Below, one piece after another: positions 61,342 to 64,000 of a DNA stretch of 64,000 bases. The stretch lies in the NCBI GenBank assembly GCA_012026655.1, contig JAAILG010000539.1, positions 1 through 64,000 of the forward strand. The letters are read 5' to 3'. The notes under the pieces were generated by a model. That model made no database searches. It saw only the letters and a program-made list of their open reading frames with translations, and was not told where the DNA came from. Both the position numbers and the translations under genes were made by a program. This stretch comes from Hydrolagus affinis. Taxonomy: Eukaryota. Positions within the stretch are counted from its first letter, which is position 1. Each line of letters starts with the position of its first letter.

Positions 61342-62086
61342 CTGTATACATAATGTATAAGAGTTGGTACAACATGTATAATCTATTTTGTTTATATCAG
61401 TATCAATTTGATAATTAGCATGAATGCAGCAGATTCTGAACCCAATTTACTTCAAGACCAAGAGGACATTTTCTTTATTTCTCTGGAAGCTCACTTATTA
61501 CGTGCCAACGCAAATTCATTAGAAGGAGGACAGGTGGAGTAAGAGCATGTTCTAGTCACTTCAGTTGCACCCTCACATGCCACATTCTAATGCAGTTTAA
61601 ATCTCACTGGATTTTAATAGAACTTTTCAATTTGATGTGTGCTACACAAACCCTTTCACAATCAATATAAAACTAGTTTATCACTGCATGTTGTCATGAG
61701 GGTTTTGAAGTCAAAAAGGTTTCCCAGACGCCATGTAATATTTCATTGAGGAGGAATGCAGTTCAGTGTTATCCGACACATATTTGGCTCTAAGATTACA
61801 AGATTACATTATAATTATAAGATTACAAGCACTTTAAATGAAACATTATTTTTCTGCGATTCATCAGTGCTCTCTTGTAATCTTCGTGGGAATTCCACTG
61901 TGACTGCTACTGCTCAGTCAAACTACTGAAGAGTCCAAAATATACAAAACTATGTCCAAATTTAATGTGTAATATTTTTCTGCTTTAAATGACAAAAATG
62001 TAAGCAGAAGCATAAAATATCTAAAATCAAACGTCAAAATGTTTCCCATCTGGCCTATCAAGTTCTCTGATGGTATCAAATACATT

Positions 62087-62459
62087 TAATAATAACAAAT
62101 CTATGCATTTTGGTATAGCGCTTTATTACATTGTTGAAATGCCTCAAAGCGCTTCACTGAATATATTATAAAATGAGATGACTGTTTATTTTTGTGGGCG
62201 AAACATGGCAGCTAATTGTGCACAGCAGTGTCCCACAAATGGTCATAGATTGAGTGACCAAATTATTATCATTAGTTTTCTTTGGGGGGGATTATTATCC
62301 CCGGAAATGGGTTCATCCATCAACTAATAACCAGGTTGCTACTTACTGCTAGGTACACAGAGGCACACCAAGTAAGGAAACCTTCGCCTCCACCAGGAAT
62401 CAAACCTGGGTCCTCTCGCTTGTGATGTGAATGCTTGAACCAATACATTACAGGACTCC
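62087..62459 (-). mobile_element. Full-length tRNA-SINE (longer variant)
   Basis: Tail, Deu remnant, CTACTTACTGCTAGGTACACA segment, and head GGAATCAAACCTGGGTCC...AACCAATACATTACAGGACTCC. Confidence 0.85.
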
Positions 62460-64000
62460 AAAATTTAGAAGACAGTACTTCCTGGTTTGATTGTCTGAAT
62501 GTTGGCGAAAAAAAATCCTGAGCATTGCTATGACCTTCAGATTGAATTTACAATATTTAAACTGATTAACCAGCTTTACTTTTAATAAAGCCAAATAGGA
62601 GTTTGTGTGGGAACTGGGACTGTCCCCAAACCACTCACAGCAAGTCTATTTAAGAGGCCGAGAGAAGCTGTTCTTTAACCTTTTCAGTCTCCTCAGCCTG
62701 AGAAAGCTGCCGGTACCAGGAACTGAACTCCTTCCATGGCTCAAAGGCAGTAATTTGTTAAAGTAAAAGTTCATATGTCTGTGTTATCGTTTTTATGAAT
62801 CATCGAGAAACTACATTACAAGACACATTGTTTAAATATAAGCATAATTGCTTGCAATCATTTTTTTTTGTTTCCTCTTCATGTATCCAGACAATCCCAT
62901 CTCTTAGTGTGGGTAAAACCTGACAGTTGCATGACAAGGAATGTTTCCCTTTGTAAAAGCCAACTTCCTCTCTGTGTAGTTTTAGTCTAATTGAAATGTT
63001 TCCTATTGAGCTCAATCAGGACCACAATTATCTAATTACTCACTTATGCTTTGCTGGACAAAAATGCCTGGGTAGGCATACTGAGAGCACTGAACAAAGG
63101 TTTTTTTTTTGGGGGAAGGGATTTGTTACTGTTACACAGTGAAAACTGGAAGGATCTCTATAGCGTTGAACACTTAGTTTGGGATTATTCCCTTCAATAA
63201 TTAGCCGAGTTGAAAGAAAAGGAAACTCTGAGCAATGTTGCCTAATGTCTCTCCACCACCCCCTACCCTCTCCCCAGCACACCCGCATCATGTTAACAAG
63301 TAAAAAAGATTTTTTTTTAAAAAAAGATTTTGACAACAAATTGCATTTCACAAACAATAACAACTTTACCGTAATGTCAAAAGGCAAATAGAACTCAAGT
63401 GTAGACAACTGTGGTGGCATGTGTTCCTCGGCGAAAATCCTAATCAACCTCCCACAATCATGTAATTACTTTCTCATGGCCAGGGTGCACTGTATAAGTT
63501 AGTGAACTGATAACATCGGTTTGCCATGGATGGAAACTCTCTGGTTTTGTTGGTTATTGCTGGTGTCAACAGCTGTTAACAGCTGGTCTATAAGTCTTTT
63601 GGTTTGAGCCTGTAGATTATATGTTTTTCTGCGCATTGACAATAGCATACCTAAAACCACTCTACCAGATGGCTACTGCTGCTGGGATCCAGATTGCTAC
63701 CTTCATTGCTATGCAGGCATGTATGAAGCAAAGACAATTGGAAGTCAGAAGCATAAGAACTAAAACGCCCATCAAAAAGTGTTGTGTTTTAAAAGACTGA
63801 TGAAAGCATACATAATAAAAGCTGATACAGCAGCAATGGGTTGGTGCACTGGTTGTCCAAAGTAATCTTGCCACAGAATCCTAAGAAGCATGATCATATC
63901 AGGATTCCTCACAGCATGAGTTTTTGATCTCAATCGTGCTGCCAAAACCAGGTGAGTTGTTAAATTATTATTAAAAAAATGCATGTGTTACACCACATTA

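Larger units (their letters stand above)
7840..64000 (-). other. slc25a21: slc25a21 intron 1 (part, more than 56 kb)
   Basis: Upstream of the exon-2 acceptor. No sequence encoding the conserved exon-1 end (QIxAGGSAG) was seen. A very large first intron is known for this gene in vertebrates. Confidence 0.75.

Noticed and set aside
161-63984. ORFs of 60-197 aa in the supplied track as standalone genes
   Set aside because: The genome is eukaryotic and intronic here. The ORFs have no recognisable domains or are frameshifted L2, CR1 or SINE pieces, and many use non-ATG starts.

Overview
AT-rich, CpG-depleted vertebrate genomic DNA. The repeat content (Deu-domain tRNA-SINEs, L2 and CR1 LINEs) suggests a cartilaginous fish, possibly a holocephalan such as Callorhinchus; this is an inference. 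The only convincing coding sequence is a 49-bp minus-strand exon (7791-7839, AG/GT bounded) encoding GLVEICLMHPLDVVKTR. I recognise it as exon 2 of slc25a21, the mitochondrial 2-oxodicarboxylate carrier. The rest of the window is therefore intron 2 (left) and part of the giant intron 1 (right). In vertebrates slc25a21 sits beside PAX9 in the NKX2-1/NKX2-8/PAX9/SLC25A21/MIPOL1/FOXA1 block, and its introns carry long-range enhancers. The listed ORFs are chance ORFs or LINE relics, with one possible exception at 8996-9047. The most notable items are: (1) a 576-bp TIR-bounded pogo/Tigger deletion derivative nested in a SINE, carrying a Jerky(JRK)-like N-terminus and a 260-bp internal palindrome; (2) a candidate in-frame alternative first exon of slc25a21; (3) several enhancer-like motif clusters, including perfect GLI and TCF sites and two CTCF-like sites; (4) nested repeat insertions that give a relative chronology. 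I cannot support a new multi-gene system from this sequence. Repeat boundaries were read by eye and are approximate, and family names are from recall.
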